Both the position numbers and the translations under genes were made by a program. The notes under the pieces were generated by a model. That model searched no databases. It was given only the letters and a program-made list of their open reading frames with translations, and had not been told where the DNA came from. DNA of 63,970 nt, the filler included, from Octopus bimaculoides (lineage: Eukaryota), in the NCBI RefSeq assembly GCF_001194135.2. It is 6 parts of 6 records of this genome, joined end to end, with 100 filler letters (N's around TTAATTAATTAA, not from the genome) between each part and the next. Parts side by side here need not be neighbours in the genome. Positions count along the whole stretch, not along the records: positions 16,867 to 46,456 come from NC_069003.1; positions 46,557 to 56,484 come from NC_069000.1; 4 more parts are not named here. The stretch is one strand, 5' to 3'. This document shows, piece after piece, positions 36,621-48,091 of this stretch. Each line of letters starts with the position of its first letter. Positions within the stretch are counted from its first letter, which is position 1.

Positions 36621-36704
36621 CTATATGTATACTTATGTATATATCTTACACAAATATATGATACAATGTAAAATATGCTATCTTGATATTTGTGAGTGTC
36701 TATT

Positions 36705-36990
36705 GAGCGAAAACACCCAAAGCTCCACGAGGCTCCGGCAGAGGAGTGGGGTAGTGAAGCCTGCTGTACACTTTCACCACAACTTTCTCTCACTCTTTCT
36801 TCCTGTTTCTGTTGTACCTGTATTTCAAAACACCAGCCTTGTCACACTCTGTGTCACGCTGAATCTCCCCGAGAACTACATTAAGGGTACACATGTCTGT
36901 GGAGTGCTCAGCCACTTGCACGTTAATTTCATGAGCAGGCTATTCTATTGATCAGATCAACTGGAACCGTCGTCATAACCAACAGATCAT
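36705..36990 (+). mobile_element. SINE-like interspersed repeat
   Basis: acacccaaagctccacgaggctccggcag...gtggagtgctcagccacttgcacgttaatttca resembles a conserved SINE core (recalled); single copy here. Confidence 0.45.
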
Positions 36991-37269
36991 CACTTTGAGA
37001 AAGTATATGATATGATATGATATGATATGATATGTATGCATGCGTGTGCATGTATATGCACATGCATGTGTACATGTATGCACAATCATATAAACACATA
37101 CATGCGCACACTAAAATACACATACATCTACACGTACGTACATACATATTAATCTATGTACACTCATACAATTATATATAGCTACATATATGTATTTTAG
37201 TATCATGCATCTCAACACCTATGCATAGATTTCTATATGTAAAGGGGTGATTATACTCCCAAGTGGAAT

Positions 37270-37745
37270 CTGGGTGTTACCCCGTTCGGATTTACAGTTG
37301 AGAGTGGATTTGTATTCCTGTATACAGACAGCTTCAGTGACTTGTCTCAGTATTGCATCAGTGGGATGTGTAGATAGGATGTCTGACCTAAGTTTCCCTA
37401 AGGAGCCATTGTGACTGTCTACAGCATGCTGATAGAAGATGGAGTTTGGTTTTTTATCAATGTAGTTGTCCAGGTGTTCTTTGAACCTATCATTGATGCT
37501 CCAAGAAGTCTCACCAATATATGACTCTGAGATAATCGTGCAAGTCTCTTCTTGGCACTTAATCTGGTATACAGTGTTTTCCTTTTTGCAGTTCACATGT
37601 GGATTTGTAGAAAATACTGCACAATTATTCTGACACATGATTTTATCAAATGGGTATGACTTACTTAATACAGATTTGATAGTCCTACCTGTCTTTTCTA
37701 CAACTTTGATGTTAAGGCCAGTTGTGCACAGGATAAATGCCCTAC
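37270..37745 (-). mobile_element. Penelope-like element 3' fragment (GIY-YIG endonuclease)
   Basis: NCKKENTVYQIKCQ...SYIGETSWSINDRFKEH...LRQVTEAVCIQEYKSTLNCKSE. Confidence 0.88.
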
Positions 37746-38763
37746 TTAATTCTATATATATATGCTTATGAATATAACAACATATAAGCATAAGGATCTA
37801 GTTTCTTTCATTCGCAAAATATGCATTTTTTAAAAAGAAGTAAAAAAATTTGAAAATCGGCTATAATAATGTAGCCTTCCAGTCTCATTGCTTTGAAGGT
37901 ATGATATTGTGGAGAAAAAAATTGGAGAAAAAAGGTACAGAGGTTTAAAAATCGAAAAAACTGGGTATTTTTAGCCAATAGCGAGGCAGAAATTTTCTGC
38001 ATTTAGGGAGCGGTGTCAACTTTAAGATTGTATCCTGTAAAATTTATAGTTTAGTGTCTAACCTGTTCATTGTAGGTTTCTAAATAAATAGAAATACCTA
38101 ATTTCATTGTAGGTGTAGGTGCAGTTACTCCCCTTGACAGCGGGGTTAAACCAGTTGAACAATGGAGGGCATACGCTGCAACATTAAGGTTCAGAGACTC
38201 ATCTCTTCCTCTTTCTGCATCGGAACATGAGACTGTGAAGATGTAACCTAACTGTCTCTTTCTCATACCACACGCCAGTAGCAAATAGGAGCTAATGCAC
38301 AGAAGACCATGGCCTCCACGCATCAAACCATTTTCATTTATCATTCGGTTTGTGTATGTACGTGTGGCTACATTAAAGGTATATAAAGTCACAGCTTTGG
38401 TTTACGTATTCTTTATACCAGGTTTCCTGTCAAATAATATTACAGCCTTCTGAGTAGAGTCACATTAGATGGAATACAATCTATTCATGATGGAATACTT
38501 AGATGGAATAATGTGCCTTAGCTCCTATCTGCTACACATTAGATGGAATACAATCTATAGGTTTCTAAATAAACAGAAATACCTAATAAAATCAACACAT
38601 ATCGTTTTACTGTTTCTTTTGTCTCTTCATTGATTTATGTTTTTATCATTTTTTAATATTTATTATATTAATATATTTGTCAGCATGTGTTTACTTTATG
38701 CATATTTCAGTATTATGTATACCTGTCATGTATTTGTGTACATCATTAATATGTAAGTGCGTG

Positions 38764-38764
<1 letters not shown>

Positions 38765-38856
<92 letters not shown>
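38765..38856. repeat. (GT)n microsatellite
   Basis: About 45 uninterrupted GT units. Confidence 0.97.
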
Positions 38857-40601
38857 ATATGTATGAAAAGGGGGTGTCTGTCTCCAAAACTCCAAAGTTG
38901 AGTAACGTTTTCATGCTTGGATTTGTAAACTATGATAAGAATAACACTGGTCAACAAAGAATTTGTCCCAAGGAAAAGAATACCTGTATCTTATATGTTT
39001 CTGCATGCAGAATTCAAAAATAATGTCAGATTATCTATATCACCCGTAGTTTCTCTGTTCCACGATATCTCTATTCCTAATTTAAATTTTTATGAATAGA
39101 ATTAACCTCATGAAATCATAAATCCAGCTATCTGAGCCAATGAGTCCTAAAAATTTATGAAATGAAAGATATGTAAAAATACTAACACACAGAAAAAGTA
39201 CAGAAAAATACTAACACACAGAAAAATATGTAATATACTAACACACAGAAAAATTAAAACAAAACATGCGGGTGAAATCAACATAGACAACAGCACTGAC
39301 AACAGTGAACCACTAACAAGGTACTAATGCCACACTGTCTGTTGATTGGCTGAAATTACCTGAATTTCCCAACTTTAATTTCAAATAACATCAGATTCTT
39401 TACTTTGCGAGATAAAGTAATTGGTTGATTGTAATCAAAATTCAGAGTTGTATCGATACTCCAAAATTGAAAGCAATCTGAGCAAAATGAAGGGATGGCT
39501 CATTTTGCGAATGAGAAAGACTAGATCCAACCATAATACACACACACACACACACACATACACACACTCTCTCACTCTCTTTCTCTCTCTCTTTCTCTCT
39601 CTTTTTCCATGTGAACAAGCAAACCCCCACACACACACTCTACATTCTTTATTTCATGAATATATTACACACTCTCATAAACACATATACATATACATAG
39701 ATGCACATATATACATACACATTAGCATATATCTCAGAAAAAACAACCTACATTAAAACTTGCCTGTTTATATAATTAAATTAATCACTCTCATCTTATT
39801 TAACAACTACAACAGTAACAACTAAAAAAAAAGAGAGAGAGGAGAGGGGGAGGAGGAGGAATGAAGGGTGTGTAAAAATGTAGGAAAAACCAGAAATTGA
39901 GAAAGATGGTAATAATGATGATGATGGTAAAGATAATGATGATAACAACGATGCTGTTGATGATGATGACAACAATGACAATGAAGAAGAAGAAGAAGAA
40001 GAGGTATGGTTGTGAAAAGAGAGAGGGTATCTTCCCCGGCTCCCACCCTCAGTTTGCTCCTCCTCTCTACCTGCATTTCACTCACCACCACCAGCCTGCA
40101 CTTGAACTGCCGGAAACATCTCAATTAAGTCAATAAACATTGAGCTCTGGGTGGGGTGGAATAAGGGTGGTGTACTGATGCATATAACACATGGTGGTAG
40201 TGCTATATGTGTATGTGTTAGTGTGACAGTGTGTAGCTGTAGTGTATGGTGGTGGTGGCAGTGGCATTGGCTATAATGGTGGTGGTTGTAGGGAGGTGGT
40301 GATAGTGTGACAGCATGTATGATGTTGGTGTGGTACTGGTTTTGGTGGTGGAGGTGATGGTGATGTTAGCAATGGTGGGTAGTGGTGGTGATGGTAGTGA
40401 TGATGATGATGGTGGAAGTTATAGTGACAAAGAAATCAATGAAATTTTCATTGAAACATAGAGAATGAGATTTGTAAAAGGATTATGTGAGGATGTGATG
40501 GGGTGATACACAATAGTGTATAGAGTTGTGGTGGAAGCAATAGTGGTAATGGTGATGGTAGTGTCAGCGGTGATGATGGTGTATAGCATGTACAGTGCTT
40601 G

Positions 40602-40720
40602 TGTTGGTGGTAGTACATAGTGTATGCTGTTGGTGGTAGTACATAGTATATAGTGTTGGTGGTAGTACATAGTATATAGTGTTGATGGTAATACATAGTG
40701 TATGGTGTTGGTGGCAGTAC
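40602..40720. repeat. 26-bp minisatellite, about 4.5 units
   Basis: Unit tgttggtggtagtacatagt(a/g)tat(a/g)g. Confidence 0.9.
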
Positions 40721-41429
40721 AAAGAGCATAATGTGATTGAGATAGATTATTTACTGGTTTGAACACTATTCAAACTTAAAAAAGACAGGCAAGCTGTTGA
40801 AATATTGTTCAAATCAATAAGCAATCGATTTCAATTGCTTAGTGAAATCACGAGTCAATCTTTCCAATCCCTAAGAGACAAACTTTCTGTTGGAGCTCTC
40901 CTTCAGTCATTTGTCTATATCTTGGCTTTCTATTCACAATGCACCAATTATTATAGGCATGACCCTTACTGTTCTCATGCTCCAAATTCTTCCTATTTCA
41001 AATTTCAAACGATTGTATTTTTTTTGTTTTTCTTCCACTTTCTTTACAATCCTTGAATCAAATGGGCATGACAGGTTGATAAGCAAGCAGCTTTGCTTTT
41101 CTTTATCTATAATCGTAATATCTCATCTATTGTTTTTGTTGTGGGGATAATAGTAATAATGGTACACCCCTCCCATGTGATAAGTGGTATATGCTATTCA
41201 CTATAAATAAGGTGACGTTGGTCAGCGTAAGAGAGAGTACAAAGTAGAAGGTCTTAGACAGTCATGGTCTTTACTGGTCTAACAACTATATTGCTATGCC
41301 AAAGTGGGTGTTATAACAATCTAACATTTAAGGATTGCAACAGTGGCAATGAGAAATTAGCAAACTCACAAGGAATTAATAAACTCACAAGGAGTTACAA
41401 AATGCACAAAAGCTTTTTGTGCAAATTTT

Positions 41430-43217
41430 ACGGTATAAAAAAATCATAAAATTATGGAAAATTTGTTAGCCAGTTTGCTTGAGTTGCAAAAACAGCAACA
41501 ACAGCAACTGAAAGAAAAATAACAGAAGCAGCTACAATTGCAAGAACAACAACAACTGAAAGAACAATAACAGTGGCAGCTGCAACTGCAAGAACAACAG
41601 CAGAAACAACAACAATTACTATTACAGTAACAAATGTTACAATTAATGAATAGTCAGTTGTCAGGAAATGCTGAAAAAAATGTTCTTGCCAGATTATGTT
41701 GCGAACTCAATAACAGAGTTTTTTAAGTACGAACCAGAGGAAGGAGTTACCTTTGAGGCTTACCATAGAAGATAAGAACAAATCTCCAATAAAGCGTGCA
41801 AAGATTGGGGTGACGATATGAAAATGTGTTTAATCATAAGAAAACTGGCAGTAGGAGAACATGAGCATTACAGCAATTATGTACTTCTGAAAAACCTAGT
41901 GACATAAACTTTAAAGATACCATAGAAATATTGTGTAAAATTTTTAGTAAGAAAAGCTCGTTGTTCAATTCATGTTGGAAATGTTTGAATCTAGAAAAGA
42001 ACAACGAGGAGGACTACATCACATATGCTGGTAGCGTTAACAGGGAATGTGAAAAGTTCAAGCTGGACAAATTAATGCCAGATATGTTCAAGTACCTGAT
42101 ATTAACTCAGGGACTAACTGCAGAGAAAGACAGCAGTTAGAACAAGAATTCTCACTAAGCTGGAACAAAACCAAGCTGTAAGCTTACAACAAATGTCAGA
42201 AGAGTGGGAAAGAATAGTAAATTTAAGACATGACACAGAGAAAATTGAACATAAAGATTGCTCCCAAGTAAAACAAGTGTAAAATAGAGAGCAAGTATGC
42301 ACTAAAAAACAGTACAAACAACAAAAATCAAGAAATAAACCCATGATTTGCATGTGGAGGTCAACACCTGAGAAAAAACTGCCCATTTAAGAAAGCGAAA
42401 TGTTTCCATTGTGTAAAAATTGGACATGTAAAAGCACACTCTAAAACAAAGATAACAAAACGTTGGAACAAAGAAAAAAGAATAAACAAGATGTCATCAA
42501 AATAAAATAGTAATATAACCAAGAAGAAATTTGTAAATGTGAAAATTAAAAATAGATTAAAAATACAGTTAGATACTATGAAAAAACTTGGAAATATATC
42601 GGTAAACCAAAATTAATTAAATCTACAAAAAGCTCACATGGTGTTCCAGGCAAAAGATTGTGTTTTGTCAGTGAATTTGTGTAATGTAGAATTTTATGAC
42701 CAAATGAAAATGTCAAAAATATATGTACTAAAAAATTCAGTTAATCTATTTGGCACAGTGTAGATAGAATTGTTCAAATTGTGGAATATGCCCATAAGTG
42801 ATTTTTATCAGTTCAGTTGAAGGTTCAAATGTGGCTGAGGAATTGAAACAAAACATTTCCAAATGTTTTCTCAAAGGAACTGGGCTGTTGCACGAAAACA
42901 AAGGCCAAAATTGCAATAAAACCAAGTGCAACACCAGTATTAAACCAAAAACGGAACATACCATGCGCAGAAAAATTACCAATGATAAAAAGTGAACCTT
43001 GGCCAAAAGTAGATGTTCTGTGGTCAAGACTACACATTAATTTTGCTGGTCCTTTAAATGGTTCTTACTTCTTAGAGGTAGTTGATAGTTTCTCTAAATG
43101 GCCAGAAATTTGTAAGTGTAAAAAACCAACCTCCTCAACTGTGACAAATTTTTTTACACAAGCTGTTTGTGAGATTTGGCATCCCAGACGCGATAGTGTC
43201 TGACGATGGAACAATTT
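41430..43217 (+). mobile_element. Gypsy-type LTR retrotransposon internal remnant (gag to integrase), heavily decayed and deleted
   Basis: NRECEKFKLDKLMPDMFKYLILTQGL (gag-like); EPWPKVDVLWSRLHINFAGPLNGSYFLEVVDSFSKWPEI...IVSDDGT (integrase core start); truncated at the mariner. Confidence 0.82.
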
Positions 43218-43574
43218 GAAGCCACTTGATGCGACCCTCAGGCATCAGTATGTCGACCAGTGTCATCGAATATAGTCCTACTTCCACATGGTGCCTCTTT
43301 GCTTTGCTGTGCCTTTCCTCTGTTCGTTGATTTTTGCGATGGCAGAAATGAAACAACGCACTTCTGTGAAATTCTGTTTTCTGCTGGGGAAAACGGTGGC
43401 TGAAACAGTTGCCATGCTTCAAACAGCTTACAAGGACGCTGCAATGAGAAAAACACAAGTTTACAAGTGGTTTCCAAGCTTTAGGAATGGTCACTTCTCA
43501 CTTGAAGACCAACCTCGTTCAGGGTGACCATTGACCTCCGGAATGAATGAAGACATCATGAAAATTCATGAACT
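43218..43574 (+). mobile_element. Mariner transposase 5' part
   Basis: MAEMKQRTSVKFCFLLGKTVAETVAMLQTAYKDAAMRKTQVYKWF...LEDQPRSG*PLTS...IHEL. Confidence 0.92.
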
Positions 43575-44540
43575 TGTAGCGGAACCTTCTCTCTCGGGTA
43601 TCTATTTACAAATGATAACGTAGCGGCTAACATCTAGCTTCGATGGTCCTGAGGTGGGAGCTGCATACCATCTAGCTTCTGTTTTGCGCCAGGGTGCATA
43701 TCAACCAATCGTGGCCTTCTGTTAAGGTCACGTGAGAGAGTCTTTCTGCCTTTTCTGGTGAGCCCTTTTTTATCTATAAATAAGCCTTTTATCCACGCCA
43801 GTTTGTCGCGACTTCAAACCTTTTCAGGTCTAGTCGTAGACCATCTCACAGAACACAGCTCCAGCCAGTTTCCAGCGACAACGTCAACACCACCGATCTA
43901 CTGTCTACTACAGTCCCGTCGCCAGCGCCAACACCACCACCAGAGTACACACCAACAACAGTAACCTCGGTTCCTTCTCAATACTGTGTGGATTGTTTCC
44001 ACCATGACGATAACAGTCAGAACAACCTGCGAGAGCCTTCTGTACCAAGTGGCCAGCTCAGTATCGACGCTCAACTTCACACACAGCATGTGACACCAGC
44101 TCTGCTATTCGCCCACAACTTCTTGCATACGAACATTCTACCTAATGTGTAACTCTTCTATGAACTGGTACTTCTTATCTTTGTTCAGGACGCTTATCTA
44201 CTGTGTTACAGACTCTCATTCCATGTTCTGTATTTCTCATTCACATATGCACACATTTATTGTATACATACTCTTGTACAAGAAGGCCTGTCTTATGCAT
44301 TGTATTACTTATATTGCCGCATGCGCGCGCACACAGACACACAGTTGACTACCCTAATAAAACTTACTCTTTATATATCTAACGGTTGTCTCTCTCTTTC
44401 CTTACTGGCATTTCCTCGCATTACACATGTGAGCCCTCGCATGTCATATATTATGTTTTTGTGTCGACCGTGCAACACACTAAAAGGAGCCTCTTCCGTT
44501 CATCGCCATTCTCCTTTGGTTCGCACGGTCGTTCTCCACA
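43575..44540 (+). mobile_element. Solo LTR (966 bp) with 4-bp target-site duplication
   Basis: AACT|TGTAGCGG...CTCCACA|AACT; removing it rejoins the mariner frame IHELIMED. Confidence 0.88.
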
Positions 44541-44875
44541 AACTGATCATGGAGGACCATCACTGACGAACTTGTTGATATGACTGGTGTGTCTTGGAGC
44601 TCCTGCCAACGAATTTTGAGCGAGGAACTACGAATGAAAAGAGTTGTAGCAAACTTTGTGCCTCACTTGCTCACGGAAAATCAAAAGAGGTCACTACTGA
44701 ATGCGTGTCGGGAACTGAAAGGACAGTTGGAAGTTAATCTGAACCTTTTTTCCGAAGTCATCACTGTTGACAAAAGCTGGTGCTACAAAAAACGATGGAG
44801 GCATTAAAAGGTTTCACTTCGCAAGAGTTCTAGGACTGTTTCGAATCATGGAAAACGTGCCTGGACCAATGTGTA
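44541..44875 (+). mobile_element. Mariner transposase middle and 3' part (internally deleted)
   Basis: DELVDMTGVSWSSCQRILSEELRMKRVVANFVPHLLTENQK...VITVDKSWCY, then a jump to a C-terminal TMEALKG..SQEF..CFESWK-like segment. Confidence 0.88.
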
Positions 44876-45396
44876 GTGAAAAGGTGTATCAGAAGATGTT
44901 GGGGTAACAGATGCAATAGGCATGTGGATGCCTTCAAAGTAAACAATGGAATAACATCAGTCTGTAGTTTAAATAATTTATTTAAACGACACATGCATTT
45001 GCTTGTGGTATACACAAATTTTCTCTACATAAATTTGTTGCCAACTATTTTGAGCAGGCAAAGAAATCAACAGGATACATCTGTGGATATGATAGGGTAG
45101 AAATGAACATGTTGGTCATTCATACCGGTCGTTCATGTTGAATATTGGCCTTCTATCTCGTGCGCGTCTCTCTCCGTCCCTGACTTGACTGTCTGTCACT
45201 TTATCACTGTATTTATAGAAGGACAGACATACCACAGGAGAAATTGTGTCTCAATAGGTCAACTCCTGTCCATTTGAACTTCAACTGACATGACTGAGGT
45301 CAGACAATGAAATTTCTTTCGCGCCTATTTGGTCAGTGGTGAATCAGACGAGCGAGAATCCTTAGATTTGGTTTCGAATCTAAGCTCCGAGGGTCC

Positions 45397-45717
45397 AGAT
45401 GGACTATATGTAATCTGAACCTTTCCCCACTTATTTTTTTTTTTTTTTTTTACGGAATCCCACGTTTTAGGCTATGGAGATTCCGATTCTGAAAAAAAAA
45501 TTTCAAAAATCTCAATTTCAAAATTTCGATTCCNNNNNNNNNNATATAGATCCACAGGGTAGACCTAACCCTAACTCAAACCCTAACCCTAACACTGCTT
45601 GGTGGGGGGGGGGAGAATTGAAATTTTTCAAACAATTTTTTTTCAGAATCGGAATCTCCATAGCCTAAAAAAAAAATTAATAAGTGGGGAAAGGTTCAGA
45701 TTACATATAGTCCGTCT
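45397..45717. mobile_element. Palindromic MITE with long TIRs and central (CCCTAA)-like array
   Basis: agatggactatatgtaatctgaacctttccccactta...taggctatggagattccgattctgaaaaaaa mirrored at the right end; cctaaccctaactcaaaccctaaccctaa at about 45563-45592. Confidence 0.85.
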
Positions 45718-46122
45718 CTACCCTGTAAACATATAAAACTAAATGAATAAACTAATGCAAAATTCTGGTTTCTTTTTGATACCCCCTAGCATACTGAGAG
45801 CGAAATGTTAAGTCGATAATGATGGTGATTGTAGAGGTGGTAGACATTGACTTCCTGGCGTTGATAGAGAACAGCAGTAAGCAGAGGAATAGAGAAAGAC
45901 AGAGATAAGCAGATGATGGTGGGAGGGTGGTGGTGACGAAGATGTAGTAGTCTGCGTAGAGGAAGGAGAATAGTTATCCTAGATAGAAAGGAAAAGAAAA
46001 CGAGTAATACAGAAGAGGAGAGAAATATTGAAATGGACAGAAGAACAATAAACAGACAGAAAGACTGAAACAGAGGGAGAAGGGAGAGGACATGAATGTG
46101 TGAAATAAGTTGCGCGTGCGCT

Positions 46123-46153
<31 letters not shown>

Positions 46154-46456
46154 TGAGAGATATAGACACGTAAAATGTTTACAGATAATAAAGAGAGAGG
46201 AATTGGTTGAGAGAGCTTTTAACTTGTGGGATGGCAGTACGCAGCTTCCGTTTTGTGGAATTTTATTTTCAAAATGTTGAGAAATGATTTGTAGATTGTT
46301 GAGGGTAATCATGACCCGAAGATCAATTTGGTTTGTAAGAGAAATCTCCTCTGGAAAAAGGTTTTTAATACGAACTGGCAAAATGCATCGCTTCGGTAAG
46401 ATCTCTTCTGCTTGTATACAGATATAATTATACGCACACATATATACCCGCGCATG

Positions 46457-46556
46457 NNNNNNNNNNNNNNNNNNNNNNNNNNNNNNNNNNNNNNNNNNNN
46501 TTAATTAATTAANNNNNNNNNNNNNNNNNNNNNNNNNNNNNNNNNNNNNNNNNNNN
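46457..46556. other. Artificial 100-bp scaffold-join spacer
   Basis: 44 N + TTAATTAATTAA + 44 N. Confidence 0.95.
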
Positions 46557-46584
46557 GAAATTGAGGACAAAAACACAATGATAT

Positions 46585-46992
46585 TGTAGTAACGCCGTGC
46601 GCATGCGTAGTCTCACGCATGCGTGGAATTAAACAACCAAGCGTTCCCGCTCAATTCATTCTCTTTCTTGCTGGCCAGCAATAGAGCATGGACGTGTCAA
46701 GAGTGTCTCCAACATTCCAACTCTGGAGACAGTCTCTTTACGTGTTAAGCTGTCTCTCTACATCTTTCGGACTTACGCTCGACAGCTCGCTCACATCTAC
46801 ATAACAACGTCCCAACAACTATACTCACACACATAGAAGCTGTAACAACAAGAGCTAAAGATATATGTATTTACCACCTGAATAAATGTTGTTCAAGTTG
46901 ATAGTCTGGAGTTCAGAGTTCCGTTTATATTCATTAATTTTATATAGGAAAGTCAGGTATACATCTAAAGATGTATAACCAACTTTCCTATA
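46585..46992 (+). mobile_element. LTR-like interspersed repeat ending in a 50-bp hairpin
   Basis: Starts TGTAGT, contains AATAAA; its 3' half is the reverse complement of 55457-55709. Confidence 0.6.
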
Positions 46993-47559
46993 ATATAAAC
47001 AAACTCACACTTAATCGGCATTTTTGATGATGAATGAAGCTACTTCACTTCGGATCACATCTAATCCAAATAACTTTTAAATGACTACTACAATACAATT
47101 CTTACTAATTTTGGCATTAGGACAGCAATTTGAGGAGTGGGGGCAAGTCATTACATCCATCCCAATACTTGACTACTGACAATACAATAATAATGTTAAA
47201 AAGAGCAAAAAGCAAGTGGTGGGTCAGGGTTAAAAGAGAGAAAGAGGGAGAGAGAGAAAGGGGGGAGAGAGAAAGAGAGAGAGTGCGTGTGTGTGTGTAA
47301 AAGTGAGGAAGATAGAATAAACAATAATCTCTATGTTACAATTGCTTATTGTGTTTACATTTTCATTACGGAACGAAGTCAACAATAAATGGAAATAGAA
47401 ATATAGATTTTATCATAACAAAATTCAGCCCACCTTGTTTTCAAAATCTACGTACATCAATTGTATTTCTTTGTGAGTTTCTTTACTATATACCTTCTCT
47501 ATGCTGAAGCTATCGCCAAACAGGATTAACAGGTGGAGTGTAAAGGCGGATGACGACAA

Positions 47560-47900
47560 TATAAATCAACTACTAGACAAGTAACCAAATCCCCCTCAAA
47601 TTGCACTTAAACGATTTTTAAAAAGGGGAAGATACATGTGATTATGCAGTCGTAGATATCTTATGAGTGAATAAGAGACGGAACGATTACCGCTAGAACG
47701 TCTTTCACAATTGGTCTGCTAGACCAGGGCTGATTTGAGGCCAAACGACATGTCAGAAATCTGGTCATTTGGGGAGCTTCTATGTGGTCACTTGACTTGC
47801 TAGAAATAATAGCTAACCCCCCCCCCACCTAATTTTACAATTTACAGCTTTATAAACGGAAGGGCACATTCAATTACGTAGTCCTATATAGCCAGGAACC
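47560..47900 (+). repeat. Two decayed copies of a short interspersed repeat (family D)
   Basis: Motif ctaga(a/c)a.tagc.aaat(c)ccctcaaat..cac; also at about 49200-49245 (+), 17372-17410 (-) and 52010-52046 (-). Confidence 0.5.
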
Positions 47901-48054
47901 CCATCCATCGGGCTACGGACTAGTACCAGAGCGAGGATCATTTGAAAGAATAATTTTAAAAAATTTTATTCATATTATGACTGTTGTAGTCTGCAAGTGT
48001 TTTTGCATTATGTATGTATGTATGTATGTGTGTATGTATGTATGTGTGTATGTA

Positions 48055-48091
<37 letters not shown>

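Noticed and set aside
37241-37275. GDYTP... as the missing MAD1L1 MAD2-binding exon
   Set aside because: The AG gives GGG TGA (stop) in the required phase 0, there is no KVLH motif, and the sequence is the antisense end of a Penelope fragment.
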